Of a DNA stretch of 64,000 nucleotides, positions 38,286 through 46,713 are shown in pieces (positions within the stretch are counted from its first letter, which is position 1; every line of letters starts with the position of its first letter). Source of the DNA: Bacteroidota bacterium (lineage in GTDB: Bacteria; Bacteroidota; Bacteroidia; NS11-12g; UBA955); contig JAGXTF010000013.1 in NCBI GenBank assembly GCA_018333525.1, positions 24,912-88,911 of the forward strand, written 5' to 3'. Under the pieces are notes generated by a model. The model worked only from the letters and a program-made list of their open reading frames with translations, was not told the origin of the DNA and made no database searches. Position numbers and translations under genes: made by a program.

Positions 38286-39632
38286 ATGACAACAAAAACA
38301 GCTCAAAATTGGTACGAATCCATTTTGGATTCCCAGAAAAAGATGGCTGAATCTCTAAATGAAACCGCCAAAAAATGGAATTCTAACGAACAAGTGAACC
38401 AGGCTCTGGAGAACGGTTCTGATTTCTTTAAGAAGTGGTTGAACTTTCAAATGGACTTTGCTAAAAATGGCACCCAAAACGAAGGTATGAAACAAGCTGA
38501 AACAGCTGCAACTGAAAGCATGAATCAGTGGAAATCGTTCTATGAAAATCTATTCAAAACACAGGTAGAAAATATCAATAACCTGAATAATCAAAACAAA
38601 ACCATGTTTGGCAGCTGGTCTTCCATGTTTAACCAGAACCCATGGATGAGCAACACCAATATGGACACTCTTGGTAATTGGAATAAATCCATTTCAGATA
38701 TGTACCAGAGCATGTTGTCTGGTTTTAATGGCAATGGCAGTACTAAAGAAGTTTTTGAAGGACTATTCAACCACACACAATCTTTCCTGAAATTCTACGA
38801 AATGTGGAATCCTGTTTTCAAAAACATTCAGAATAACAACTTCAGTGCTGATATGCTCCGTTCTTTTATCAAACCTGAAACTTACAAATCCTTTATGGAT
38901 TCCTTCTTTGGATTTATGCCTGCTGGTTTTCAGGGCGTGTACCAGGACAGCTATTCCAAATTCAACGAAGGCATGCAGAGCTTTGGAAAACAAGGCATGG
39001 ACATGTATCGTGAAATGACTGCCAAAATGATGGAATTTGCGCCAAAAGGCAATAATGTATTCACTGAAGGCCTGAATAACTACAACAACATTTACAGCCA
39101 AATGCAAAATGCATTTGCTCCTTTTAGCAAATTGGTTGCTCCTAACAGTTTTACTAAAGGAATGGAAGCCAGCAGCGAAATTATGGACATGATGAACCGC
39201 TACCAGATTCAAAACGCACAATTGCAGTATATGACCTATATCACTGGCATGAAAGCAATGGATCAGATGGGTGTTAACATCAGCGAAAAACTTCAGGCCG
39301 GTAATACTTATGACTCTATGCAGGATTTGTTTAAAGAATGGTTAAATACCAGCGATAAATTCTTTGTAGAACTTTTTGAAACCGAAGATTTCAGCAAAAT
39401 TCAGGCAGAAACCAGTTCATTGTCACTTCGTTTGAAGCATGCTGCAGATCTGCAGATGGAGCAAATGTTTTCCAATGTTCCTGTGGTTCCAAGATCAGAA
39501 ATGGAAGAATTATACAAGACCATTTATGAATTGAAGAAAAGAGTTCGCACTCTTGAAAAAGAAGTGGAGAATGAAACTACAGAAGAGATTAAACCTGCCG
39601 CAAAACCTGCCGCTAAAAAGGCTTCTAAATAA
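38286..39632 (+). CDS. phaE: Class III PHA synthase subunit PhaE-like protein (long, N/Q/M-rich)
   Basis: Sits directly upstream of a class III phaC. W-rich N-terminus (QNWYESILDSQKKM..KKW..FFKKWLNFQ). C-terminus is PhaE-like: VPRSEMEELYKTIYELKKRVRTLEKEV plus a PAAKPAAKK tail. Confidence 0.7.
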   Translation: MTTKTAQNWYESILDSQKKMAESLNETAKKWNSNEQVNQALENGSDFFKKWLNFQMDFAKNGTQNEGMKQAETAATESMNQWKSFYENLFKTQVENINNLNNQNKTMFGSWSSMFNQNPWMSNTNMDTLGNWNKSISDMYQSMLSGFNGNGSTKEVFEGLFNHTQSFLKFYEMWNPVFKNIQNNNFSADMLRSFIKPETYKSFMDSFFGFMPAGFQGVYQDSYSKFNEGMQSFGKQGMDMYREMTAKMMEFAPKGNNVFTEGLNNYNNIYSQMQNAFAPFSKLVAPNSFTKGMEASSEIMDMMNRYQIQNAQLQYMTYITGMKAMDQMGVNISEKLQAGNTYDSMQDLFKEWLNTSDKFFVELFETEDFSKIQAETSSLSLRLKHAADLQMEQMFSNVPVVPRSEMEELYKTIYELKKRVRTLEKEVENETTEEIKPAAKPAAKKASK

Positions 39633-39649
39633 GACTTGAATAAATAATC

Positions 39650-39680
39650 AAAGGCCTTTTGGAAACAGAAGGCCTTTTTT
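39650..39680 (+). terminator. Hairpin plus T-run between phaE and phaC (weak terminator or attenuator)
   Basis: AAAGGCC-14 nt-GGCCTTTTTT. The large loop makes it weak. Confidence 0.4.
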
Positions 39681-39696
39681 AATAAATTGCCCCAAA

Positions 39697-40743
39697 ATGA
39701 ATTACATGGCCGATTTGAACACAGAAATACTGGAAACAGGACAAAGACTCGTAGAAGGTTACAAAACACTCCAAAACATGGAAGATGTACAATTAGCAAC
39801 TACACCAAAGGAACTGGTATGGCAAAGCGATAAAGTAAAACTCTTTCATTACCACAACGAAAATGCTACATGCCAGATTCCGGTATTGGTTTCATTCGCC
39901 TTGCTAAACCGACACGATGTGCTGGACTTGCAACCCGATCGTTCCCTTATCAAAAAATTATTGGATGAAGGATTGAATATCTACATCATGGATTGGGGAT
40001 ACCCGGGTAAGGGTGACAGGTACATAACCATGGAAGATTACATCGACGGTTATCTGAATGATGCTGTAGATTTTATCAGAAAATCAGAAAAAACCGATAA
40101 AGTCCATGCAATGGGTATTTGCCAGGGAGGAACATTTTTCACTATTTACGCCGCCTTATATCCGCAGAAACTCCAATCACTTACAACTTATGTTGCACCG
40201 TTTGATTTCAGTACCAATGCTTGTATGCTTTACCGTTGGACCAAAGACATTGATGTAGACGCAATGGTGGATACCCTCGGAGTTATACCGGCAGATATGT
40301 TGAATGCAGGATTCGGAATGTTAAAACCCAGCATGGATATCAGCAAATATTTTGGTGTAATGGATACCATTCAGGACAAAGACAAGCTCATGAATTTTTT
40401 GCGCATGGAAAAATGGAAAAATGATTGTCCGGACATTGCTGGTGAGATGTTTCGCAAATACATTAAAGACCTTTTCAGAGATAATAAACTGATTAAAGGT
40501 GAGTTTGAATTGGGTGGAAGAAATGTAGATCTCAAAAAACTGAATATGCCTTTTCTGAATGTTTATGCAACTGAAGACAACATTATTCCGAACGAAAGTA
40601 CTATAGCCATTATGGAAAAAGTTGGCACCACAGATAAAGAGCTTTATGCTTTCCCCGGAGGGCATATCGGTGTATTTGTTGGTGGAAAATCCCAAAAAGA
40701 ACTGGCACCTAAGGTTGCCAAATGGGTTATTTCCAAAAGCTAA
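39697..40743 (+). CDS. phaC: Class III poly(R)-hydroxyalkanoate synthase catalytic subunit PhaC
   Basis: 348 aa, the class III size. Lipase-box-like motif with an active-site Cys (AMGICQGGTF). Alpha/beta fold with a C-terminal GGHIGVFVG. Confidence 0.88.
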   Translation: MNYMADLNTEILETGQRLVEGYKTLQNMEDVQLATTPKELVWQSDKVKLFHYHNENATCQIPVLVSFALLNRHDVLDLQPDRSLIKKLLDEGLNIYIMDWGYPGKGDRYITMEDYIDGYLNDAVDFIRKSEKTDKVHAMGICQGGTFFTIYAALYPQKLQSLTTYVAPFDFSTNACMLYRWTKDIDVDAMVDTLGVIPADMLNAGFGMLKPSMDISKYFGVMDTIQDKDKLMNFLRMEKWKNDCPDIAGEMFRKYIKDLFRDNKLIKGEFELGGRNVDLKKLNMPFLNVYATEDNIIPNESTIAIMEKVGTTDKELYAFPGGHIGVFVGGKSQKELAPKVAKWVISKS

Positions 40744-40763
40744 ATAAATTTAAAATGTAAACT

Positions 40764-40796
40764 AAATCCTTGCATAATTTGCAGGGATTTTTTTTT
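40764..40796 (+). terminator. Rho-independent terminator after phaC
   Basis: AAATCCTTGC-ataattt-GCAGGGATTT (10 bp, one G-U pair), followed by a T-run to 40796. Confidence 0.65.
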
Positions 40797-41537
40797 GTGA
40801 GAGAATACAATTACAAGGGTTTCCATTTTTACGATAATGAAAAAAAAGCTGCACCGGTTTTTTACTTGCATGGCCTAGGCGGACAAGGCACCGACGGATT
40901 ATTTTTACAAGACATTTTTAAAGAGAACCGCTTGATTCTCGTAGATTTACCAGGCCACGGAACTACACTTAAATCTGAAGAAACAGATATTAGTATGTTA
41001 GCGAGTGAAATATATCAAAGCCTAATAGAACAAGGATTTGAAAAGGGAATTTTTGTAGGACATTCCCTTGGAGGACAAATGGCCATTCTCACTGCATTAA
41101 TAAAACCGGAATTTGTGAGTCATTTATTTTTGATTTCTCCGGCCGGTTTGGAAAAGTTTAATGACATGCAAAAAAATCTCATTCTCACCGGTTGGCGTTT
41201 CGGATCTTATTTTCAGAATCTGTTTCCACCAGGTTGGAGTGGTCAGGGATTTGGCTCAGATTCTTTAATTACTGAGAATTATATGCGCAGTATGATGGAA
41301 AGGCCGGTTCTGGATTTTCTGAAGGGAATTGAATGCCAGGCAGATGTTTTATTTGGAAGCAATGATCCGTTAATTCCAAATCGGCTGTTCAAGACTGAAA
41401 GTCCATTGGCATTTGCCAATAAAGCAATATCCGGGCTCAAAAACTTTCACCTCACTCCTATCCCGGATGCAGGTCATTGGCCCATGTTTGAGAACAGAAA
41501 ATTCCTGATTAAGGCCATGCAACCTCTGGTTAAATAA
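40797..41537 (+). CDS. Alpha/beta-fold hydrolase
   Basis: HG oxyanion region (VFYLHGLGG), nucleophile elbow GHSLGG and C-terminal DAGHWP. The start is uncertain: GTG 40797 directly after the terminator T-run, or TTG 40770 inside the hairpin. Confidence 0.75.
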   Translation: MREYNYKGFHFYDNEKKAAPVFYLHGLGGQGTDGLFLQDIFKENRLILVDLPGHGTTLKSEETDISMLASEIYQSLIEQGFEKGIFVGHSLGGQMAILTALIKPEFVSHLFLISPAGLEKFNDMQKNLILTGWRFGSYFQNLFPPGWSGQGFGSDSLITENYMRSMMERPVLDFLKGIECQADVLFGSNDPLIPNRLFKTESPLAFANKAISGLKNFHLTPIPDAGHWPMFENRKFLIKAMQPLVK

Positions 41538-41570
41538 AAAGCCCCGCCAAATAATGACGGGGCTTTCTTT
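41538..41570. terminator. Bidirectional terminator between the hydrolase and rpsA
   Basis: AAAGCCCCG-11 nt-CGGGGCTTT, with T-rich tracts on both strands. Confidence 0.8.
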
Positions 41571-41587
41571 ATAGCAAAAGTTTTATT

Positions 41588-43876
41588 TTAACCTTTCAGA
41601 GCTTGCGCCTCTTCCATCCACTTGTGCCATTGATCCAGACTGGTCATGCTGTCTTGTTGTTCCAACTCTGCAATTCTCTCATCGGTTAATCCGATAAGGT
41701 CCGCATAGGTTTGGATTCCAAGTGCATTCAATCTTTTTTCAAACGCAGGTCCGATTCCGCCAATTTTCTTCAAATCATCGCCTGAAGCCGATTTGGTTTT
41801 CTTTGTCGGTTTTTCTTCTTCCACTGTCTCGGTAACCGGAGTATTTACTTCAGCTACTGGTGCAGTTTCTTCTGCTTTTTCAAGTAGTGCGTCTGCTGCT
41901 GCTTTCGCATCCTTTTTGGCTTTGCCTTTTTCTGCCTGTTCAAACTGAGCACGCAATTCGCTGAGTGCATCGAGTTCTCCAAGGGTTGTAGCCTGAGCGC
42001 TCTGGTTGATTTTTTTAACCGCTTTACTTGCATTTTTACGTGCAGAATCGCGTTTCTTATCATCCACTTCGTTCTTGGCTTTTTCAGCAGCTTTCCATGT
42101 ATTGGTATGGGATACAATAATGCGTTTTGCGTCTTTGCTGAATTCGATTACTTCAAACTCCAGAGTTTCATCCTCTTTCGCTGATTTGTTATCGGCTTTC
42201 TTCATGTGACGGCTGGGAGCAAATGCTTCCACACCATATTGCATCTGTACGTTAGCACCTTTTTCTCCAATGCTCATCAAAGTACCTTCATGTACGGAAC
42301 CAACAGTGAAGATGGTTTCGAAAGTATCCCATGGGTTTTCTTCAAGTTGCTTATGCCCAAGGCTCAGGCGGCGATTCTCTTTATCTACCTCCAGAACAAT
42401 TACATCCAGCTTATCGCCTTTTTTGGTGAATTCACTTGGATGTTTAATTTTCTTGTTCCAGCTAAGGTCAGAAACGTGCACCAGGCCATCAATTCCTTCT
42501 TCCAATTCGAGGAAAAGACCATAAGAAGTGAGGTTTTTAACGATACCGCTGTGTTTGCTTCCAACAGGATATTTGTCTTCAATGCTCACCCAAGGATCAG
42601 CACTAAGCTGCTTGATACCCAGGCTCATTTTATGTTCATTTCTATCCAGTGCCAATACCATTGCTTCCACATCATCACCTACTTTGAGGTATTCTGATGG
42701 GTTGCGCAGGTGGCTGCTCCAACTCATTTCACTTACGTGAACCAAGCCTTCAACACCAGGTTTAATTTCTACAAATGCACCATAATCAGCAACTGAAACC
42801 ACTTTGCCTTTCACCTTGGTTCCTTCTTCGATATTCTCGGTAAGGCTATCCCATGGGTGAGGCGTTAATTGTTTCAGACCAAGAGAAATTCTCTTTTTCT
42901 GATCGTCAAAGTCAAGTATTACTACATTGATGTGGTCATCCAGCTTCAACACCTCTTCAGGGTGGTTGATGCGACCCCAGCTAATATCGGTAATATGCAA
43001 TAAACCATCGATTCCACCGAGGTCTACAAACACACCAAAACTGGTCATGTTTTTCACTACACCTTCAAGCACTTGTCCTTTTTCCAGTCTGCCCAGAATT
43101 TCAGATTTTTGTGCTTCAATATCATCTTCGATCAATGCTTTGTGAGAAACCACCACGTTTTTATAAACGTCGTTAATTTTCACAATTTTGAAGTCCATAT
43201 TTTTACCAACATACTGGTCGTAATCGCGCACAGGTTTTGTGTCGATTTGTGACCCAGGCAGGAAGGTGTCAATTCCGAATACGTCAACAACCAATCCGCC
43301 TTTAGTGCGGGAACGTACATAACCGGTACAAACTGTATCGTTATTGTGCGCTTCCACAATTTTGTCCCATGCAGTTTCCTGCATGGCTTTTCTGCGGCTG
43401 AGAATTAACTGCCCCATTGCATCTTCTGCAATATCTACAAATACATCCACTTCGGTTCCAACCTGTAAATCCGGAATATCGCGGAATTCAGTGCGAGCAA
43501 CCAAACCATCGCTTTTAAAGCCAATGTTGATTACTACATCCTTGTCATTCATCGCAACCACGCGACCTTTAACCACCTGTTTTTCAACAACAGGAGAAAA
43601 AGATTCTACATAAGCATTTTCCAGTTTTTTGCGCTCCGTAGAGGAATAGGTTTGAAAACCACCCTCATCAGCATCCCAGTCGAACTCGTCATGGGTTCCC
43701 GTATTTTTAGATACAGAAGTTTTGGAAGTTTTGGTTTTGGGGGCAACTGCAACAGACTCTTCCGTAGTTTCTGTTGTTTCGTTAGTGCTCGTTTCTTCAG
43801 CGTTTTCTGAAGTCAATTCTGAATTGCTGTTTACAACAGTTTCTTCAGCCTGGTCTTGGATTTCTTCGTTACTCAA
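41588..43876 (-). CDS. rpsA: 30S ribosomal protein S1 with an acidic N-terminal extension and a C-terminal helix-hairpin-helix extension
   Basis: Six S1 (OB) repeats (e.g. VKGRVVAMNDKDVVINIGFKSDG, LEGVVKNMTSFGVFVDLGGIDGLLHITD, VKGKVVSVADYGAFVEI). 762 aa. Only a TTG start (43876) is available upstream of the conserved DEFDWDA region. Confidence 0.92.
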   Translation of the reverse strand: MSNEEIQDQAEETVVNSNSELTSENAEETSTNETTETTEESVAVAPKTKTSKTSVSKNTGTHDEFDWDADEGGFQTYSSTERKKLENAYVESFSPVVEKQVVKGRVVAMNDKDVVINIGFKSDGLVARTEFRDIPDLQVGTEVDVFVDIAEDAMGQLILSRRKAMQETAWDKIVEAHNNDTVCTGYVRSRTKGGLVVDVFGIDTFLPGSQIDTKPVRDYDQYVGKNMDFKIVKINDVYKNVVVSHKALIEDDIEAQKSEILGRLEKGQVLEGVVKNMTSFGVFVDLGGIDGLLHITDISWGRINHPEEVLKLDDHINVVILDFDDQKKRISLGLKQLTPHPWDSLTENIEEGTKVKGKVVSVADYGAFVEIKPGVEGLVHVSEMSWSSHLRNPSEYLKVGDDVEAMVLALDRNEHKMSLGIKQLSADPWVSIEDKYPVGSKHSGIVKNLTSYGLFLELEEGIDGLVHVSDLSWNKKIKHPSEFTKKGDKLDVIVLEVDKENRRLSLGHKQLEENPWDTFETIFTVGSVHEGTLMSIGEKGANVQMQYGVEAFAPSRHMKKADNKSAKEDETLEFEVIEFSKDAKRIIVSHTNTWKAAEKAKNEVDDKKRDSARKNASKAVKKINQSAQATTLGELDALSELRAQFEQAEKGKAKKDAKAAADALLEKAEETAPVAEVNTPVTETVEEEKPTKKTKSASGDDLKKIGGIGPAFEKRLNALGIQTYADLIGLTDERIAELEQQDSMTSLDQWHKWMEEAQALKG

Positions 43877-43885
43877 GTAAAGGTT

Positions 43886-43891
43886 CCTCCT
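43886..43891 (-). promoter_or_regulatory. Perfect Shine-Dalgarno AGGAGG, 9 nt upstream of the rpsA TTG start
   Basis: The minus strand reads AGGAGG-AACCTTTAC-TTG. Confidence 0.55.
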
Positions 43892-43902
43892 TTAAGGGGG
43901 TG

Positions 43903-43910
43903 CAAAAGTA
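43903..43910 (-). promoter_or_regulatory. -7 box TACTTTTG upstream of rpsA
   Basis: Exact TAnnTTTG match on the minus strand, 26 nt upstream of the TTG start. Confidence 0.5.
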
Positions 43911-44004
43911 CTGTATTTATTGGAAATAACCCAGCAAATTGGCATAATTTTCAAGCCATAAAGTCCTTTTTTGCAGGCATGCCCTTCCTGAAATTAAGCA
44001 GGTA

Positions 44005-44041
44005 TAAAAAAACCACTCCCAATGCGGTATCAGGAGTGGTT
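44005..44041 (-). terminator. Rho-independent terminator of the S8 protease gene
   Basis: The minus strand reads AACCACTCC-13 nt-GGAGTGGTT, followed by a T-run (the complement of the A-run at 44006-44012). Confidence 0.7.
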
Positions 44042-44066
44042 TTCAATATGCATTGCAGATTTAAGT

Positions 44067-45506
44067 TTATCTGGTAGCTTTTTCTGCATTTATCCTGCCA
44101 TGCCCGTAATAGGCATCGCGACCAACAGCACCAAGATCATCCACACAACCAATGAGTTTGGTTTTCAATTGGGCGGGTTTCATTTTGCCATATTTTCCAA
44201 CAATCAGAGCTGCAACTCCGGCAACCTGAGGAGTTGCCATGCTGGTACCTGCAGCAAAATAGTAATCTGCAGCTCCGCTGGTACTTAATACCAAATCTAA
44301 AAACCATAGTTCATTGGGGTATTGGGTAAAATCTCCACCACTTCCCGAGAATTCCACGATATCTGTACCATAATTGGTGTATGAAGCCACCTCATCCAGA
44401 TTGGTTAACGGGTTAAGTCCCCAACCTCTTGGGCCAAGTGCGCTAACGCCTAAACTTCCTGGCGCACCAACCGGTGAAGCCAGAAATCCGGAGGCAGTTG
44501 GATTGATTCCTGAATTCCCTGCTGCAACAATTACTGTAACACCATGATCTGTAGCATAGCTGACAGCGCGTTTTACAAAATTAATGAGATCTCTGATGTA
44601 ACGGGTTTCATTCACATTTTCACCTTTCCAGGTACGGGGTATTTCCGCTCCAAGACTCATGCTGATAATGTCTACACCCTGATCGGCGGCGTATACAATT
44701 CCAGCGCATACATCTTCGAAACTTCCATAACCTGCATCTGCAAGTACTTTTACTAAAATCAATTCCGCCTCAGGAGCAACACCTACAGTTCCAATATCAT
44801 TGTCTTCGGCAGCAATAATTCCCGCGCAGTGAGTACCATGGCCAAAATCATCATAAGCCTGTTCCAATGTTTCACCCACTACAAAGTTTCTGGATAACAC
44901 CAGGTTTACATTATTGATAATATCGGGGTGGTTGGGGAAGAAACCGCCATCGACCACTGCCACTCTAGCACCATTTCCTTTTTGTCCGCGAGCCCAGGCG
45001 TCATGTGTGTTGATTGCCAAATGAGACCACTGTAATGGGAAAAATGGGTTCGTATTTGTTATATGGGATTTGGGTATGGTTATCCTGGATTTGTCCAATT
45101 CATGTGGGTTAGTTGATGGTGTCCATTTTACATCGTATGAAGGGGTAATGGTTCCAACACTCGCTTTGCTACCCATGGCACTCAGAAAACCAGAAGCGGT
45201 AGATTCCACGACAACAAAACCAAGTTGTCTTTGCACCCGGATTACTGTTGCACCCTCTGCCTGGGCATCGGATACAATATCAGAGAGGGACTTTCCTTTG
45301 GAAGCTTCAATGATGTAGCGGTTATTTTTAACCGGACCATCGTCACTTCCCGCAGGGCCGTTGCTTAGGGGATTGCTCGTATTAACAGAATTCAGAATAT
45401 CCTTTTCGCTTTTCTTACATGCAAAAAAGAGTACCGAAATTGAGGTGAAAAGGCAGATTGTAAAAAATACGTTGCCTCTGAATACGTGTAGATTCTTTGT
45501 TTTCAT
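44067..45506 (-). CDS. Subtilisin-family (S8) serine protease lipoprotein
   Basis: Catalytic triad contexts VAVVDGG, HGTHCAGIIAA and GTSMATPQVAG. N-terminal lipobox (VLFFAC). Confidence 0.92.
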   Translation of the reverse strand: MKTKNLHVFRGNVFFTICLFTSISVLFFACKKSEKDILNSVNTSNPLSNGPAGSDDGPVKNNRYIIEASKGKSLSDIVSDAQAEGATVIRVQRQLGFVVVESTASGFLSAMGSKASVGTITPSYDVKWTPSTNPHELDKSRITIPKSHITNTNPFFPLQWSHLAINTHDAWARGQKGNGARVAVVDGGFFPNHPDIINNVNLVLSRNFVVGETLEQAYDDFGHGTHCAGIIAAEDNDIGTVGVAPEAELILVKVLADAGYGSFEDVCAGIVYAADQGVDIISMSLGAEIPRTWKGENVNETRYIRDLINFVKRAVSYATDHGVTVIVAAGNSGINPTASGFLASPVGAPGSLGVSALGPRGWGLNPLTNLDEVASYTNYGTDIVEFSGSGGDFTQYPNELWFLDLVLSTSGAADYYFAAGTSMATPQVAGVAALIVGKYGKMKPAQLKTKLIGCVDDLGAVGRDAYYGHGRINAEKATR

Positions 45507-45603
45507 GTTATAAATAATTAGGTTGGGAAAACGAAGATTGAGGTTTTTCCTATATTGACAGTCAACGATTTAGAAAATATCCGTTTAATTATACCAAACG
45601 AAC

Positions 45604-45624
45604 TTATTGATTTATAATCAATAA
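45604..45624. repeat. Perfect 9-bp inverted repeat TTATTGATT-tat-AATCAATAA
   Basis: Read directly from the sequence. Lies in the 267-bp divergent intergenic region between the S8 protease and the Zn-ribbon gene. Confidence 0.5.
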
Positions 45625-45752
45625 ATTCAGGTACCCGGCTTCGGTAGAATCATGCCTGTTCTACAATTACACCAAAAAAATCATTTTAAGACGCTCTTAT
45701 TTTATCACAAATAGTTTTTCAAACTCCATTTTTGGCATTTTTTATTTTTGTT

Positions 45753-45760
45753 ATAATTTT
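45753..45760 (+). promoter_or_regulatory. -7 box TATTTTTG upstream of ATG 45774
   Basis: Exact TAnnTTTG match 13 nt upstream of the start. Confidence 0.45.
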
Positions 45761-45773
45761 TTATTATCGCAAC

Positions 45774-46151
45774 ATGGAGAGGGTATGTATGGAGTGCGGC
45801 ACTCCCTTAAAAGGCCGCGCGGATAAAAAATATTGTGACGACACTTGTCGCAGTACTTTCAACAACAAGCAGAATCACGGAGATTTTACGGTCATGAAAA
45901 AAGTGAACGGAATCCTGCGAAAAAACCGTGGAATTTTACAGGAATACAATCCTGAAGGCAAGAAAAAAATTCCAAAGAAATTACTGCTGCAATGTGGATT
46001 TGATTTTGAACATTACACCAGCACTTACACAACCAAAGAGGGGAAGACGTACTATTTCTGTTATGAATACGGCTATCTTCCTCTGGAAAATGACTATTTT
46101 TTTCTGGTTGTAAAAATGGAAAAGCCCCAGGCGTTTTTAAATTCTGCCTGA
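45774..46151 (+). CDS. Zinc-ribbon protein of unknown function
   Basis: N-terminal CxxC...C...C ribbon (MERVCMECGTPLKGRADKKYCDDTCRSTF). Start moved from the track's 45732 to ATG 45774. Confidence 0.65.
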   Translation: MERVCMECGTPLKGRADKKYCDDTCRSTFNNKQNHGDFTVMKKVNGILRKNRGILQEYNPEGKKKIPKKLLLQCGFDFEHYTSTYTTKEGKTYYFCYEYGYLPLENDYFFLVVKMEKPQAFLNSA

Positions 46152-46157
46152 GGTTAT

Positions 46158-46589
46158 TTAGTGCATATAACCTTCGCTATTCTGGCCTGCAGACTCAAAA
46201 TTCAGCATCCATCCAATTCCGAATTTATCGATAAACATACCAAAACGGGCGCCCCAAAAGGTATCCTGCAATTCCATGACTACCGTTCCTCCATCGGAAA
46301 GTCCGTTCCATAAATGGTTTTGTTGATCACCTGAATCGCAATTGATATTTAGCCAAATTGCTGAACCAAATGTAGCGGGTTGACCGGGTTGTGCATCGGA
46401 AGCCATGATGGTAATTTTATCAGAAACTATTGAGGCGTGCATCACCTGATCTTTTAGTTCAGGTGGAGAATCCATTGGGGCGTCACCAAATGTTTGTAAT
46501 TGGAAATCACCACCAATAATGTGATGGTAATGGGTCATTGCTTCCTTGCAATTGCCATTGAAATTGAGGTAAGGATTTAAAGATGCCAT
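46158..46589 (-). CDS. VOC-family (glyoxalase/PhnB-like) protein
   Basis: MASLNPYLNFNGNCKEAMTHYHHI..G and C-terminal DKFGIGWMLN are typical of PhnB/3-demethylubiquinone methyltransferase-like VOC proteins. Confidence 0.78.
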   Translation of the reverse strand: MASLNPYLNFNGNCKEAMTHYHHIIGGDFQLQTFGDAPMDSPPELKDQVMHASIVSDKITIMASDAQPGQPATFGSAIWLNINCDSGDQQNHLWNGLSDGGTVVMELQDTFWGARFGMFIDKFGIGWMLNFESAGQNSEGYMH

Positions 46590-46713
46590 GATTTTTATCA
46601 GTTAATACGGGCTAATATATGAGAAATTTTTGTTCTGTTTTTTTGGATTCAATAAAAATACAAAACTTTGATTTATTACAAACCTCGTATAGATGTCTTA
46701 ATTTGCGCTAGCC

